IMG/VR virus record: IMGVR_UViG_3300021963_009993
Coordinates: 64,001-128,000 of that record
Length of the DNA stretch: 64,000 nt
Origin: a virus
Strand: one strand, 5' to 3'
The notes beneath the pieces were generated by a model. It was given only the letters and a program-made list of their open reading frames with translations. It had not been told where the DNA came from and ran no database searches. The position numbers and the translations under genes are program-made. Below, piece by piece: positions 20,901-29,042 of this stretch. The stretch's first letter is position 1. Every line of letters begins with the position of its first letter.

Positions 20901-22399
20901 TTATCGATCAAGGAATCATAACTCCAATATTCCAAAATATTGGCAATCCAAGAGATGTAAAGATTGCAGCAGAGGCACTCAAGGGAATATCTGAAATAGT
21001 TCCTTTAATTCCCGTGGTAATCAAAGATTTAACAACAAATCTTGCTCCATTGGTAAAAGGAAATGGAAGAAGTGCGTGGAGAAAAGCACCTTTAGACAAA
21101 CTGTTGCAAATCACACCATTTTTCCAAGAAAGCTTTATCAAACTTGCCCAATTCCTTGATGAAGGCATAATAACTCCTATATTTGAATACATTGGCAATC
21201 CAAGAGATGTAAAGATTGCAGCAGAAGCATTGGCTGGAATAAGCCAAATAGTAACAACATTACCGGGAATAATTCAAACATTAGTCTATAGCTTGCCTTG
21301 GATGTACAATGAAGTAAAGAAAATGACAGGTATTACTGACGAGGGTGCAACTCCCGGCGAAGCAGCAATGACATTTGCCAACATTTACAAATTCTTAAAT
21401 GCTGGATTGATTGATCCCATATTCTCTGAATTCAAAGATGTTGATAGGCTTCTGCAAGCAGTAGAAATAATGAAATTGATTGGCAAGGTTGTGCTTGTAA
21501 CCAAAGAAAGCATATTAACTATGGGTAAAGTCTTAAATGACTTCTATGGTGGTTTCTTTGGATTTTTCAAGAGCCCGGTTGCCAAAGCTGGCGATAAAGT
21601 AAAAGACTTCGCAAAGTTTTTCAAAGGAATAGCCAAGGCTCTTAATGAAGGCATAGTTGGGCCTGTCGTGAACAACTTGCCAGAATCATCTCTAATACAG
21701 GATGCTATTTACAAGATTCAATATACAACAGAACTATCTGATATGTTGCCATCGAACATACAGCGCATAGCAGCCAATTTGAATTCAATATCTCAATCTG
21801 GTATTGGTTTCGATCCATCAACTAGCGGCGATTACTTAAATGGATTTTTCTTAGACCTTGGTGCTTTTGTTGATGTGGCATTTGGTTCTGGTAATTTAAC
21901 AGCAACTAGCGAGGCACTTGAAATAGCCGTTAGTGAAGTTTCCAGCATTGAATCAAGTTTCGCAAGTTTAGCTGGTTCCTTGGAATCTATACAAGCCTCC
22001 ATGATACGAATTGCAGCTGTTGGAGATAGTTTTGGTGGATTAAATTTATCTTCCGCTGCAAATAATATAGCATCTGGAATAAGTACTATATCTTCTGCTA
22101 CTACTGGATTGGTTTCAAGTACATTCCCGAATGGGCCTACAAATCAAATTCGTGCTGAGTATGTTTCAACTGGGCCGGGATCTGCTGCTGGAGTTGGCGA
22201 GCTTAGTGGAATCAATGCGATATTGAGTGAAGAAGTTTCATTGACCAGACAAATGGTTCAAATCATGGGTGAGATTCGTGACTCATTAGCTGATGAAGGT
22301 GCTGATACAAGTGGGAATTCACCAAGTGGTAGAAAAATAACAGTACCTGGATTTGCAACTGGCAATTTCAATCAAAGCAGCATAAGAGAAGCGGAATAA
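14921..22399 (+). CDS. Tail tape measure protein (2492 aa)
   Basis: Very long Ala/Gly/Leu-rich helical protein with internal repeats and hydrophobic segments, directly upstream of baseplate genes. Confidence 0.85.
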   Translation: MAKDSLGRDVDLGDMSIKDVKSMLQSLMSGAVGPKTDVGNKKDPTTEKIAEVASLLESLNKTIGKDLKEAVAYMEMAVAAKDGKSSSSDAKAFTNDVTQSMTSLADNIKDLHKHATTKGSLYVHDQGAHDLLTKIYDQLSSGGSAIPSSIPSAPSPSSPSGGNIAPRRRRAISYDDDYGYDFDDPSKRLFKQIEKATAATERTIFAISEKGESLQETLFGGLVDNQLKFIKDSRQAAYAVAGITGEAKGLQKQFTEVERSAYLTGFGREELQKQYLTNLKTGIRDLKTAQKISVASLNTENQLGLAAGSLNENFRDLNLQAKFTDAQIADAGRGMREVARNTGLTGEALTKAIGSSKQFTEQMRNAATLTASANKNILEIVANAQKLGVDKAASAILSKATSSADLILNASDQTSNLLYRAASAVGRVGDLQKGILTRSKAGLKDLGKGFESILKQFGVQSLEAIDNLTDEDKFRINVQLKAAYGVELGELRNLTEVLNESGKGLSDRLADINKKMQGNLTLEEKNALMEEIRQKKTSAALSALTALDEAAKGAKDMNQALAKFGSRKSEFEGDIKALGGSFGSATEAARVALNESIKNINAGLQQSGKEGIKVDSSEIEKALRDPTALRELTAKITKGEQELATAQKAQLDPMTAVQQSFAEYNDLFKDYSTGAINSLTNLVGKTGFMVAGIGTIGIQLASLTANLTNKSGLIGGLAEQIGSLAAQGKEGGLGGIAASLGDYIFNFSKIKQSLSPIFGESAALTEAAAEEAGGLPTPVPTPTPTPTPVPTPPPAPLPTGLDAICQQMLTVLKDQLDLMKKDNIQSRIKFTKKYFTDYLKPMAKHIEELKTALVAGPIPSPSTTSPSGSPPVTTPGGDDSIIDGLNSGAFFDKAQKFLQEQGPKLAVMAVALVALATGIIAIANKILKFSGLNIQEAVETAAAIGTILGSTAILIKATIEGYKKLDEYEGEINALKPEKSLKVGLKIGALALALFGLATGVVYAVNKIAEFAGINIATVAETAGTIAGVLGSVGLIAEAVKKAIPYLEENAEFFDSLYEKIPAIARGAIVVGLLAPAMVLLGVAVLALTVGLAKLSGFDAQSALKSGLLVAAIIGSAGIIAASVAGAIFGLEALGTLATGLNPATLALIEAGAWTLLLAGPALTLLGIGVLALTSGIASLTGFDAGTALKAGLTVAAIIFSAGLIAVSTLAALEGLFQLGLLAPALYLALPLIYFGAETLLLFAPAMTLLGLGVLALTAGVASLTGISASDALKSAGLVAAIIFGAGLIAVATIAGIAGLYGLGELAKKLNPAAIGSIFLGAGLLFLLAPAMTALGSALLLLTNSVAGAFNIDAGKAEEISNTIAAIIYGAGKIALATVAGIAGLAALGYLGTQAVAYIPLILIGGVALAILAPAIAALGAGLLSFIDGVASNFDIDAKKAEEVGDLVSTIIYACGKIAVATAFGIAGLALFPAVLPLVPLAWLGGKILKWLAPGLVELGAGLLNVIDAKAALADIDSGTVKETADFFEALLVGLGRIADATLSGLNSLANFGVALVGLFFYWPFIRKGQEAFRTVVPDLLLLGTIITWQIGTLADAFGLDAEIVAEAGEIFTALADTISIVVEKSMQALNSLAVLGAFSVLAFFISPLIYAGKLAFYGLVGELVGLAAALAVAHKMFIAVGFDAEVGEEISMILNQMQTIFHDISSVLNDFVGTVIPLFSSWSIFGSVSYQIQKYIPEIRTAFFNIVSFLSSGIIAPLFMLPPPAALEHAKKILEPLPTIFSSIAAAINSVANELVPLFKDGWIFSSAASKIKPLIPEMREGIATVTSFVGEGIIDPVLSNIGNPRDAKIAAEALKATSEIIQVLPSVINGVATDLARLTKTGFFGGASKFTKALDVARGDFKESFTEIAKFIDEGIINPIFANIGNPRDVKIAAEALKGISEMIPLIPPVVDSIEKELGPFVNKPSGRKKIAKALRVATGGFKENFEALTMFIDQGIITPIFQNIGNPRDVKIAAEALKGISEIVPLIPVVIKDLTTNLAPLVKGNGRSAWRKAPLDKLLQITPFFQESFIKLAQFLDEGIITPIFEYIGNPRDVKIAAEALAGISQIVTTLPGIIQTLVYSLPWMYNEVKKMTGITDEGATPGEAAMTFANIYKFLNAGLIDPIFSEFKDVDRLLQAVEIMKLIGKVVLVTKESILTMGKVLNDFYGGFFGFFKSPVAKAGDKVKDFAKFFKGIAKALNEGIVGPVVNNLPESSLIQDAIYKIQYTTELSDMLPSNIQRIAANLNSISQSGIGFDPSTSGDYLNGFFLDLGAFVDVAFGSGNLTATSEALEIAVSEVSSIESSFASLAGSLESIQASMIRIAAVGDSFGGLNLSSAANNIASGISTISSATTGLVSSTFPNGPTNQIRAEYVSTGPGSAAGVGELSGINAILSEEVSLTRQMVQIMGEIRDSLADEGADTSGNSPSGRKITVPGFATGNFNQSSIREAE
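18140..19650 (+). repeat. About six 80-85-aa hydrophobic tandem repeats in the tape measure
   Basis: Recurrent (L/F)APAMxxLGxxxL...AAIIxxAGxIAxAT at ~18146, 18401, 18653, 18908, 19160, 19400. Confidence 0.8.
20420..21260 (+). repeat. Four 81-84-aa repeats in the tape measure
   Basis: GIIxPxxxNIGNPRD(A/V)KIAAEAL at ~20453, 20702, 20945, 21197. Confidence 0.85.
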
Positions 22400-22436
22400 A
22401 CAATAAATAACTAACTAAGTTAGTTTGGAGATTTAA

Positions 22437-22967
22437 ATGCCAATAGCAACAAACCAAAGCGGTAATCTACTACCAATCAAAGATTGTTATATTGAAGCAG
22501 CTGGTGTCCGAATAACTTTGGACAATTTGCCAGATATATCAGATACACATAGTGCTGATTATCAGTCTGAAGCTGGTATTGGTCGTTCTTTGCCCAGCAA
22601 AACATTTACAGCTGGTGGTGATAGAAGCATAGGCTGGAATATGAAGTTCATTGCGGATTCGGAGGCAAAACTTCAACAGAATTTATTACAGCTTCGATTT
22701 TTACAAAGCTTGACATATCCAAGAACATCAACCAGTAGTTTGCCATTTATACCACCAGCAATAGCCAAGATTAAATGCGGAAGTCTTTTGGGAAATGATC
22801 CATTATGTGTTGTGTTGACAAACTATAGTGTTAAGTTTCCAACTGATGTTCCTTGGTCTGAGACATCATATGTTCCTTATAAATTTGAAGTTGATCTTAG
22901 TTTTGTGGTTGTTTATGACAGCGGAAATCTTCCGGGGGCAGAGAGAATTATTACTTTGGGGAATTAA
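22437..22967 (+). CDS. Baseplate hub/tail tube initiator protein
   Basis: Follows the tape measure; GGDRSIGWNMKF, LQSLTYP, PPAI-KIKCG...VVLTNYSV...FEVDLSF pattern of tube-initiator proteins. Confidence 0.65.
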   Translation: MPIATNQSGNLLPIKDCYIEAAGVRITLDNLPDISDTHSADYQSEAGIGRSLPSKTFTAGGDRSIGWNMKFIADSEAKLQQNLLQLRFLQSLTYPRTSTSSLPFIPPAIAKIKCGSLLGNDPLCVVLTNYSVKFPTDVPWSETSYVPYKFEVDLSFVVVYDSGNLPGAERIITLGN

Positions 22968-22968
22968 C

Positions 22969-23295
22969 ATGGCGAATTATATTGAATACGCAGCGCAGCT
23001 AACACCTCAAATCTTCGTTACACCGACGAGTAGATACAATAACTCGAAAGTACTTTACTATGGAGATGATAAGAAAATAACTTTTACAACATACAAAAAA
23101 AGAGAAATAGTACAAAGTGAAGATGACAAATTTTTAGTAATACCAGAAACCTACGCTTACAGACCCGACCTAGTATCTTATAAAATATATGCTACACCAG
23201 ATTACTGGTGGAAGATCATGGAATATAACAGTATTTCTGATATAGCTGACTTTGTTGGTGGTAGAACTATTAGAATTCCAAGCAACTATGTTTAA
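22969..23295 (+). CDS. Baseplate wedge protein, gp53/LysM (P2 gpX)-like
   Basis: Start reassigned to ATG 22969; RPDLVSYKIY...YWWKIMEYN...GRTIRIP. Confidence 0.75.
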   Translation: MANYIEYAAQLTPQIFVTPTSRYNNSKVLYYGDDKKITFTTYKKREIVQSEDDKFLVIPETYAYRPDLVSYKIYATPDYWWKIMEYNSISDIADFVGGRTIRIPSNYV

Positions 23296-23303
23296 GGTGT
23301 TTT

Positions 23304-24806
23304 ATGGCAAGGCAATGTAATTTACCATATGAAGCTTCAAAATATGCATGTGCCCAAATAGCAAGGCCTTTACCCGGAGCATCCTCAACAGGATTTGTAA
23401 ACATAGTTTTAAACGCAAACGGCAAAAGCATATCCGTAGGAAACAAATCATCTCCCTCACAAAACAACGCAACATACATAAATTCTATGACATTGTCTAT
23501 TGGATCTAGTCCACAACTGGACATAGAAATAGTTGACTACAGCGGACAAGATTTCAATTACTTTATACAAAACTTGTCAAATGACTCATGTGATCTTAAT
23601 TCAAACTATGGTGCGATGCTTCTTGAATTTGGATGGATAATAACAGACTGCAACGGTCAAGTTTCAAAATATGGTTCTGCTGAAGAAACGAGAAGAAGAG
23701 CGGTATTGTCAGCTGATACACAAGCCCAACCTAACGGTTTTCTTTGTTTTGTAATATCGCAATTTAGTTCGCAAAATTCCAATGGAATTTGGAAGTACAA
23801 ACTAAGCGGTGCTGGCCCAAATGAGACATTTTCTGATGTGCGACAGGCTACGCCAATAGGATCAGATGCACAAAAGGTAAATCTTGCTACATCAAGAAAA
23901 ATGTTGTTTGACAGATCTTGCAAGTCAAGACCATTAAAAACAAGAGTGCCAATGTTGAGGCAAACATCAACAAGAAACTTGGCACCAGCTGGTTTTCCAG
24001 CTTCAGATGGTGGTGAAAATGGTCCTAAGAGTGTTTGGAGTCCCGACCGTCAAGATCCAATATCTGCTTTAAGAAAGTGGATGAATTCAATGTCAACGGA
24101 CAGAAAGCTTGGCACTTTCTTTGTCACATCAAGCACTTTGGTTGATCCAAATATATTGGTAATTGAATCATTGCAAGACGAATGTAATTTAGGTACTGGT
24201 GCTAATTGTGCTACAAGCAGACAGGTAGACAAAGTTTACATTGTAAATGGTGGAGATTGTTCTCCAGTTTTAAGTTTCGATCCTGAAGTCAAGTTTGTGT
24301 CAGCGCAAAGTCAGGGTGGAGGTCAAGCTGCTATGGGTGTTCAAAGAGCAGTTCAGCCAACAAGACTTTGTGGTAAAACAAAAGACAGAAGCAATCTTCT
24401 TGGCTTGCAAACTGCAATACAAGTTCCAACTGCAAACTACAATTTCAGAACACCAGATGAAGCTGCTGCAAAAGAAGCAAGAAACATACAGGCAAATGCA
24501 GCAGCGACAAAATTGTTTGAGTACAGTAGCACAATAGAGGCTGATTTGACAATTCAAGGCGATCCTTATTATGCATCAATATTCAACAACATAGGCTCAA
24601 CAATTGGCATAATATATTTAAACCCATTCAATGTTTCACAAAATGCCACAGGTTGTGACTGGCTGGCAACACCTAGTGTCAACCAAACATTTTCGAGAAC
24701 AGATTACAATGTTGTTGGTGTGAGCCACAATATAGATAATTCTGGAAAATATACAACTACATTAAAACTGAAATCCGGTGCAGCTGGTGCTGAGGAAGTG
24801 TATTAA
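23304..24806 (+). CDS. Baseplate hub protein (gp27/late control D-like)
   Basis: Position between LysM wedge and spike; C-terminal ADLTIQGDP...YNVVGVSHNID-SGKYTTTLKL. Confidence 0.65.
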   Translation: MARQCNLPYEASKYACAQIARPLPGASSTGFVNIVLNANGKSISVGNKSSPSQNNATYINSMTLSIGSSPQLDIEIVDYSGQDFNYFIQNLSNDSCDLNSNYGAMLLEFGWIITDCNGQVSKYGSAEETRRRAVLSADTQAQPNGFLCFVISQFSSQNSNGIWKYKLSGAGPNETFSDVRQATPIGSDAQKVNLATSRKMLFDRSCKSRPLKTRVPMLRQTSTRNLAPAGFPASDGGENGPKSVWSPDRQDPISALRKWMNSMSTDRKLGTFFVTSSTLVDPNILVIESLQDECNLGTGANCATSRQVDKVYIVNGGDCSPVLSFDPEVKFVSAQSQGGGQAAMGVQRAVQPTRLCGKTKDRSNLLGLQTAIQVPTANYNFRTPDEAAAKEARNIQANAAATKLFEYSSTIEADLTIQGDPYYASIFNNIGSTIGIIYLNPFNVSQNATGCDWLATPSVNQTFSRTDYNVVGVSHNIDNSGKYTTTLKLKSGAAGAEEVY

Positions 24807-27008
24807 ATGGGAAAGTTATCTAGTTTACTGAATAGAATAAAAAAATTAGAAGCCGCTCTTACAGGTGGAGGTGATACACCAAAAGATCCCGGCCCATCTA
24901 AGGTCAAGAAGAAAAGACAAAAACAATCTGCTTATGGTTTATACATCGGTCTTTGCGTTGATACCTTGGATATTTACAAGCAAAATCGTGTAAGAATATT
25001 TTCACCATTATTCAATGATCCAGAAGAAGATGTTAATTCTTTGCCCTTTGCTTTTCCAATATCTTCCTTTGGTGGGTTTGATGATTGTGGTGTTAGCTGG
25101 GTTCCTCCAGCTGGCAGTACAGTAATATTTGGATTTGAAGCTGGAAACAGAGGTGTTCCCTTCTATCTTGGAACAACATGGTCAACTAGTCGTGCTTTGC
25201 CCAATCAATCTAATCCAGACCAACCAGCATTTAGTGTTCCAGTTCAAGAATATGAGGAACTTTATAGAGGCAGAAGAAATGGTTATTTATGTGGCCCAAA
25301 TGAAACACAAGTTTTGCCACCTTGGAACACAGAAAGCTACAATGGATTCGATATCATTAGTCCAACTGATCTAGAAACATTTCCAGATCCTCAAAAAAGA
25401 GTAACATATCCAAATATTTATGGATTTAAAACTCCAGAAAAGCATATGTTTAAGATGGTTGATGGAGATGGAAGATGCAACAGGAAGTGGAAAAGAATTG
25501 AAATTATGTCAGGAAATGGCAATTGGTTATGTTTTAAGGATGACCATTTACATTATGGTGGTCAATGGGCTCATCCAAGTTGTGATTTAGGTGCTAATGG
25601 CAAAAACCCCAGAGATGGCGACACTAGTTGTATAGTTGGGGTTTCAAATCCACAACCGGGTAGTGCTGAAGATGTAAGTCTTTTTGATACTGATAGAGCG
25701 GAACTTGCAAACCTTATTGACGAATTAGGATTCGACCCATATCAATATGATGATTATGCTGGCACCTTGCCAAACCCTGCATTACTAAATGATATAGATC
25801 CAAATCTAGGACAAAAACTTGAGGCAAATCCCGGTTCTACCTTGTGTGGCGCAAATTTCAAAACAATAGGTGGAAATCCAAGTAATCAATCAACACCAGA
25901 GAAAGATTTGCAAAAAGGCACTAATCCTTTTTTTAAACAAGCAAGTGAATGTCGTCCTTATGGTGGCCCAAAAACTCCACAAAACAACAAATGTGATCTG
26001 CCACAATCTGGTATTCAACTATTGTCTATATCTGGTCACACATTTGTAATGGATGATTCTGTAAAAGATCCTAGGGGAGGAATGGAATGGCAAAGAAGCA
26101 TGGAAGCTTTTGACTTTGGTTGTTCTGATCAATTCATGGGAAGAACATATTGGAAATCAACAACCGGACATTTTATTGAACTTAATGACATTGAAGTATC
26201 AACTAATGTCAGGGGAAGAAACAATGGAATCAAACTTCAATCAGCTTTAGGAAATAGCATTTCTTTATGTGATGAAATGGCTGGTCCTGATTGTCCTTCT
26301 GCTGCGACTGAAAATCAAGGAATTAAAATACAAAGTACAAGCTTGCATGAAATAACACTTTCAGATGCACAAAACAAGCAACAGCAACAGAATTGCAGAA
26401 GAGGAAACAATAATCCAGAGAACAAGGCAACAAATGCTTATATTAGAATCAAGAGTGGATATGGATTGAGATTTGAAATGCGTGATTCATATTCACAAGA
26501 AAAAACAGATACACAGCAAATAATATTAACATCTCCACAAATCGATAACACACAAAGAGGGCCACACGCTTTTGTTATGCAAGAGAGTCCGACTGGTCCT
26601 GGTACTGTATTTCTAAGAACAGGTGGAAACTACATTGTATCAACCTATGACAACTATGTTGATATAGTTGGTGATAGTGAAAATCCAAGCAACAAATACA
26701 GTTTTACATCAAATGCTAGATATGAGGTAGCAGAAGATTTATATTACAATCAATGCAATCAATTTATTTGTAGGAGTGATAAACAAACATTTATATTGGC
26801 TGGAAAAGATTATGAGCAAAAACCAAATGCTGATGGAACTCCGAGAGAAAAGGTTCCCGGTGTGTTTCCTGTGGTTGTATATGCGAATGGAAGATTAATA
26901 ATAAGTGACAGGGTATATGCTAGTGCATCTCCAAAAGCTTGTACTGCATCTATTTACAATATGACACCATATGTTTTAGAGACAGTTTCGGCATGTAAGG
27001 GTCGCTAA
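24807..27008 (+). CDS. Baseplate central spike (gp5/VgrG-like with OB fold)
   Basis: YIGLCVDTLD...NRVRI...PPAGSTVIFGFEAGNRGVPFYLG OB fold; later SGHTFVMDD and TGHFIELND beta-repeats. Confidence 0.8.
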   Translation: MGKLSSLLNRIKKLEAALTGGGDTPKDPGPSKVKKKRQKQSAYGLYIGLCVDTLDIYKQNRVRIFSPLFNDPEEDVNSLPFAFPISSFGGFDDCGVSWVPPAGSTVIFGFEAGNRGVPFYLGTTWSTSRALPNQSNPDQPAFSVPVQEYEELYRGRRNGYLCGPNETQVLPPWNTESYNGFDIISPTDLETFPDPQKRVTYPNIYGFKTPEKHMFKMVDGDGRCNRKWKRIEIMSGNGNWLCFKDDHLHYGGQWAHPSCDLGANGKNPRDGDTSCIVGVSNPQPGSAEDVSLFDTDRAELANLIDELGFDPYQYDDYAGTLPNPALLNDIDPNLGQKLEANPGSTLCGANFKTIGGNPSNQSTPEKDLQKGTNPFFKQASECRPYGGPKTPQNNKCDLPQSGIQLLSISGHTFVMDDSVKDPRGGMEWQRSMEAFDFGCSDQFMGRTYWKSTTGHFIELNDIEVSTNVRGRNNGIKLQSALGNSISLCDEMAGPDCPSAATENQGIKIQSTSLHEITLSDAQNKQQQQNCRRGNNNPENKATNAYIRIKSGYGLRFEMRDSYSQEKTDTQQIILTSPQIDNTQRGPHAFVMQESPTGPGTVFLRTGGNYIVSTYDNYVDIVGDSENPSNKYSFTSNARYEVAEDLYYNQCNQFICRSDKQTFILAGKDYEQKPNADGTPREKVPGVFPVVVYANGRLIISDRVYASASPKACTASIYNMTPYVLETVSACKGR

Positions 27009-27062
27009 AATAAAATAATTCTTTAATAGATATTCTATTAAGATGTACTAATTTGGTGTTTA

Positions 27063-27473
27063 ATGGAAATTCTTGCAGCTTCATTTCCAATTGAAAAAAA
27101 TCCTCTTGGTTTAATCAGAACTATAACAGGAACTGATGCCATCAAGGGTGATTTACTTCAGCTTTTATTAACGAATCCAAATGAAAGAGTTATGTTGCCT
27201 ACATTTGGCACACCGTTGAGAAACCTTTTGTTTGAACAAAATGATGCTGTTTTGGCTGGTAGGGCTAGGGAAACAATAGCAAATGCAATAAGGGATTGGG
27301 AACCAAGGATTGTGGTGAAGAACATATTTGTTAATAACACAGGTTTTCCAGAACAGAGAGATGATCCAAAAAATTATGAAAATATACTTTCTATCACTAT
27401 TGAATTTTCTCTGCCTGATCAAATTGAAAGTGTTGACAGGCTTGTAATACAATTACCATTAGGAAACGCATAA
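27063..27473 (+). CDS. Baseplate wedge subunit gp25-like
   Basis: IKGDLLQLLLTNPNERVMLPTFGTPL...AIRDWEPRIVV. Confidence 0.9.
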   Translation: MEILAASFPIEKNPLGLIRTITGTDAIKGDLLQLLLTNPNERVMLPTFGTPLRNLLFEQNDAVLAGRARETIANAIRDWEPRIVVKNIFVNNTGFPEQRDDPKNYENILSITIEFSLPDQIESVDRLVIQLPLGNA

Positions 27474-27474
27474 A

Positions 27475-29028
27475 ATGGCAGAAACATGTCCTTTCGAAAT
27501 AACACCGCTTAAAGAAGCGTCACAGGTTCAAAGACCAAGTCCTGTTAATTTAAACTATACAAATCAAGACTTCTGGTCTATGAAAGCCAGACTTGTTGAT
27601 TTCATAAAACAAAATTTCACGGGTGAATTCAACGATTTTGTTGAATCAAGCCTTGCCATCATGTTAATAGAGAACTGGGCTTTTATAGCCGATACTCTAT
27701 CCTTCAAAATTGACCAAATTGCAAATGAAATTTTCATAGACACAGTCACAGAAATAGACAATGCTTTCAGACTTGCAAAACTTGTGGGATTTCAACCCAC
27801 ACCACCAATACCTTCCAGAAGTCTTTGGACGGCAAGAATAAATTCTGCACAGACTATAGACTTGGTAATACCAACACCTTTCGATGTTGAAGTGACAAAT
27901 AATGATCAAGTAATAAACATAGAACTATTCCCGGCTGATAATTTCAACAGACCAATATATGATCAGCCAATAGTAATATCTGCCGGTAATGTAGTTAATT
28001 CCAACATAGTTGGATTGCAAGGACAGACATATACCGAGACATTTTTGGGAAATGGTACGATAGATCAATCTTTTCTTTTAACTTTTTCTCCTGTTCTTTT
28101 GGATTCTATCAGATTAACTGTTGATAACCAAAAGTGGGAAAGGGTTGAATTCTTCACAGATAGCCAACCAAGAAAAGAATATCGTGTCGAATATAATGCA
28201 AATTATAGTGCATTTATAATCTTTGGTAACAACAGGGCTGGTTTGTTACCTCCTACTGGTTCTGTAATCAATGTAGTTTACAGGGTTGGTGGCGGTCCCA
28301 GCGGAAACATAGTCACAAATTTCGCAAATACTAGCACCTTGGTGCCCGTTGAAGGACAGGCATTTAGTGTGCCTGTAAGTTTTACAAACTATACAAAAGG
28401 TGAATTTGGATATAGTGGAGATACTGTAGAAGATATTAGAAGAAAACTACCTGTTTATGTCAATTCACAAAACAGAGCAGTAACTGGTTCTGATTATGAA
28501 AATATAGCTAATTTATTCACTACTCCTTACAACGGTGCTATGGGCAAGGCAGCAATAACATTGAGACATAGTGGTTGTGCTGCCAACATAATTGAAGCTT
28601 ATATCCTTGCGAAGGATGGGATATCTGGTCTAACACCTGCATCATCACAATTTAAGGCAGAATTCATGGATTACATGGATTCTAAAAAAATGATAACAGA
28701 CTATCTGGTAATTAAAGATGGTGTGATTATACAAACAGTTGTTCATCTTGATGTTGTCATGGATAAATATTATCGAACTTTTGAAGATGATATTAAATCG
28801 AAAATAGAGAGAAATCTCGCTATTTTCTTTAATTTAAATAATTGGGATTATGGTCAAGGCCTTCGTGATAGCGATATTGTAAAGGCTTTGTCTAATATTC
28901 AAGGGCCATACAGATATGACATTACATTTACTACAAATGATCCGGGCAATAGTGGAAGAGTTGTTCATGCTAAATATTTTGAGATCATAAGACCAGAAAA
29001 CACAATAATTCAATTCCATTATGAGTAA
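27475..29028 (+). CDS. Baseplate wedge subunit gp6-like (baseplate J family)
   Basis: LNYTNQDFWSMK, LAKLVGFQP, FGNNRAGLLPP, YRVGGGPSGN, SQNRAVTGSDYE. Confidence 0.9.
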   Translation: MAETCPFEITPLKEASQVQRPSPVNLNYTNQDFWSMKARLVDFIKQNFTGEFNDFVESSLAIMLIENWAFIADTLSFKIDQIANEIFIDTVTEIDNAFRLAKLVGFQPTPPIPSRSLWTARINSAQTIDLVIPTPFDVEVTNNDQVINIELFPADNFNRPIYDQPIVISAGNVVNSNIVGLQGQTYTETFLGNGTIDQSFLLTFSPVLLDSIRLTVDNQKWERVEFFTDSQPRKEYRVEYNANYSAFIIFGNNRAGLLPPTGSVINVVYRVGGGPSGNIVTNFANTSTLVPVEGQAFSVPVSFTNYTKGEFGYSGDTVEDIRRKLPVYVNSQNRAVTGSDYENIANLFTTPYNGAMGKAAITLRHSGCAANIIEAYILAKDGISGLTPASSQFKAEFMDYMDSKKMITDYLVIKDGVIIQTVVHLDVVMDKYYRTFEDDIKSKIERNLAIFFNLNNWDYGQGLRDSDIVKALSNIQGPYRYDITFTTNDPGNSGRVVHAKYFEIIRPENTIIQFHYE

Positions 29029-29042
29029 AAGAAAGAAAGATA

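Noticed and set aside
15823-21198. Many 60-150-aa minus-strand ORFs within the tape measure gene
   Set aside because: Antisense shadows of an Ala/Gly-rich gene; fully nested and with no recognisable motifs
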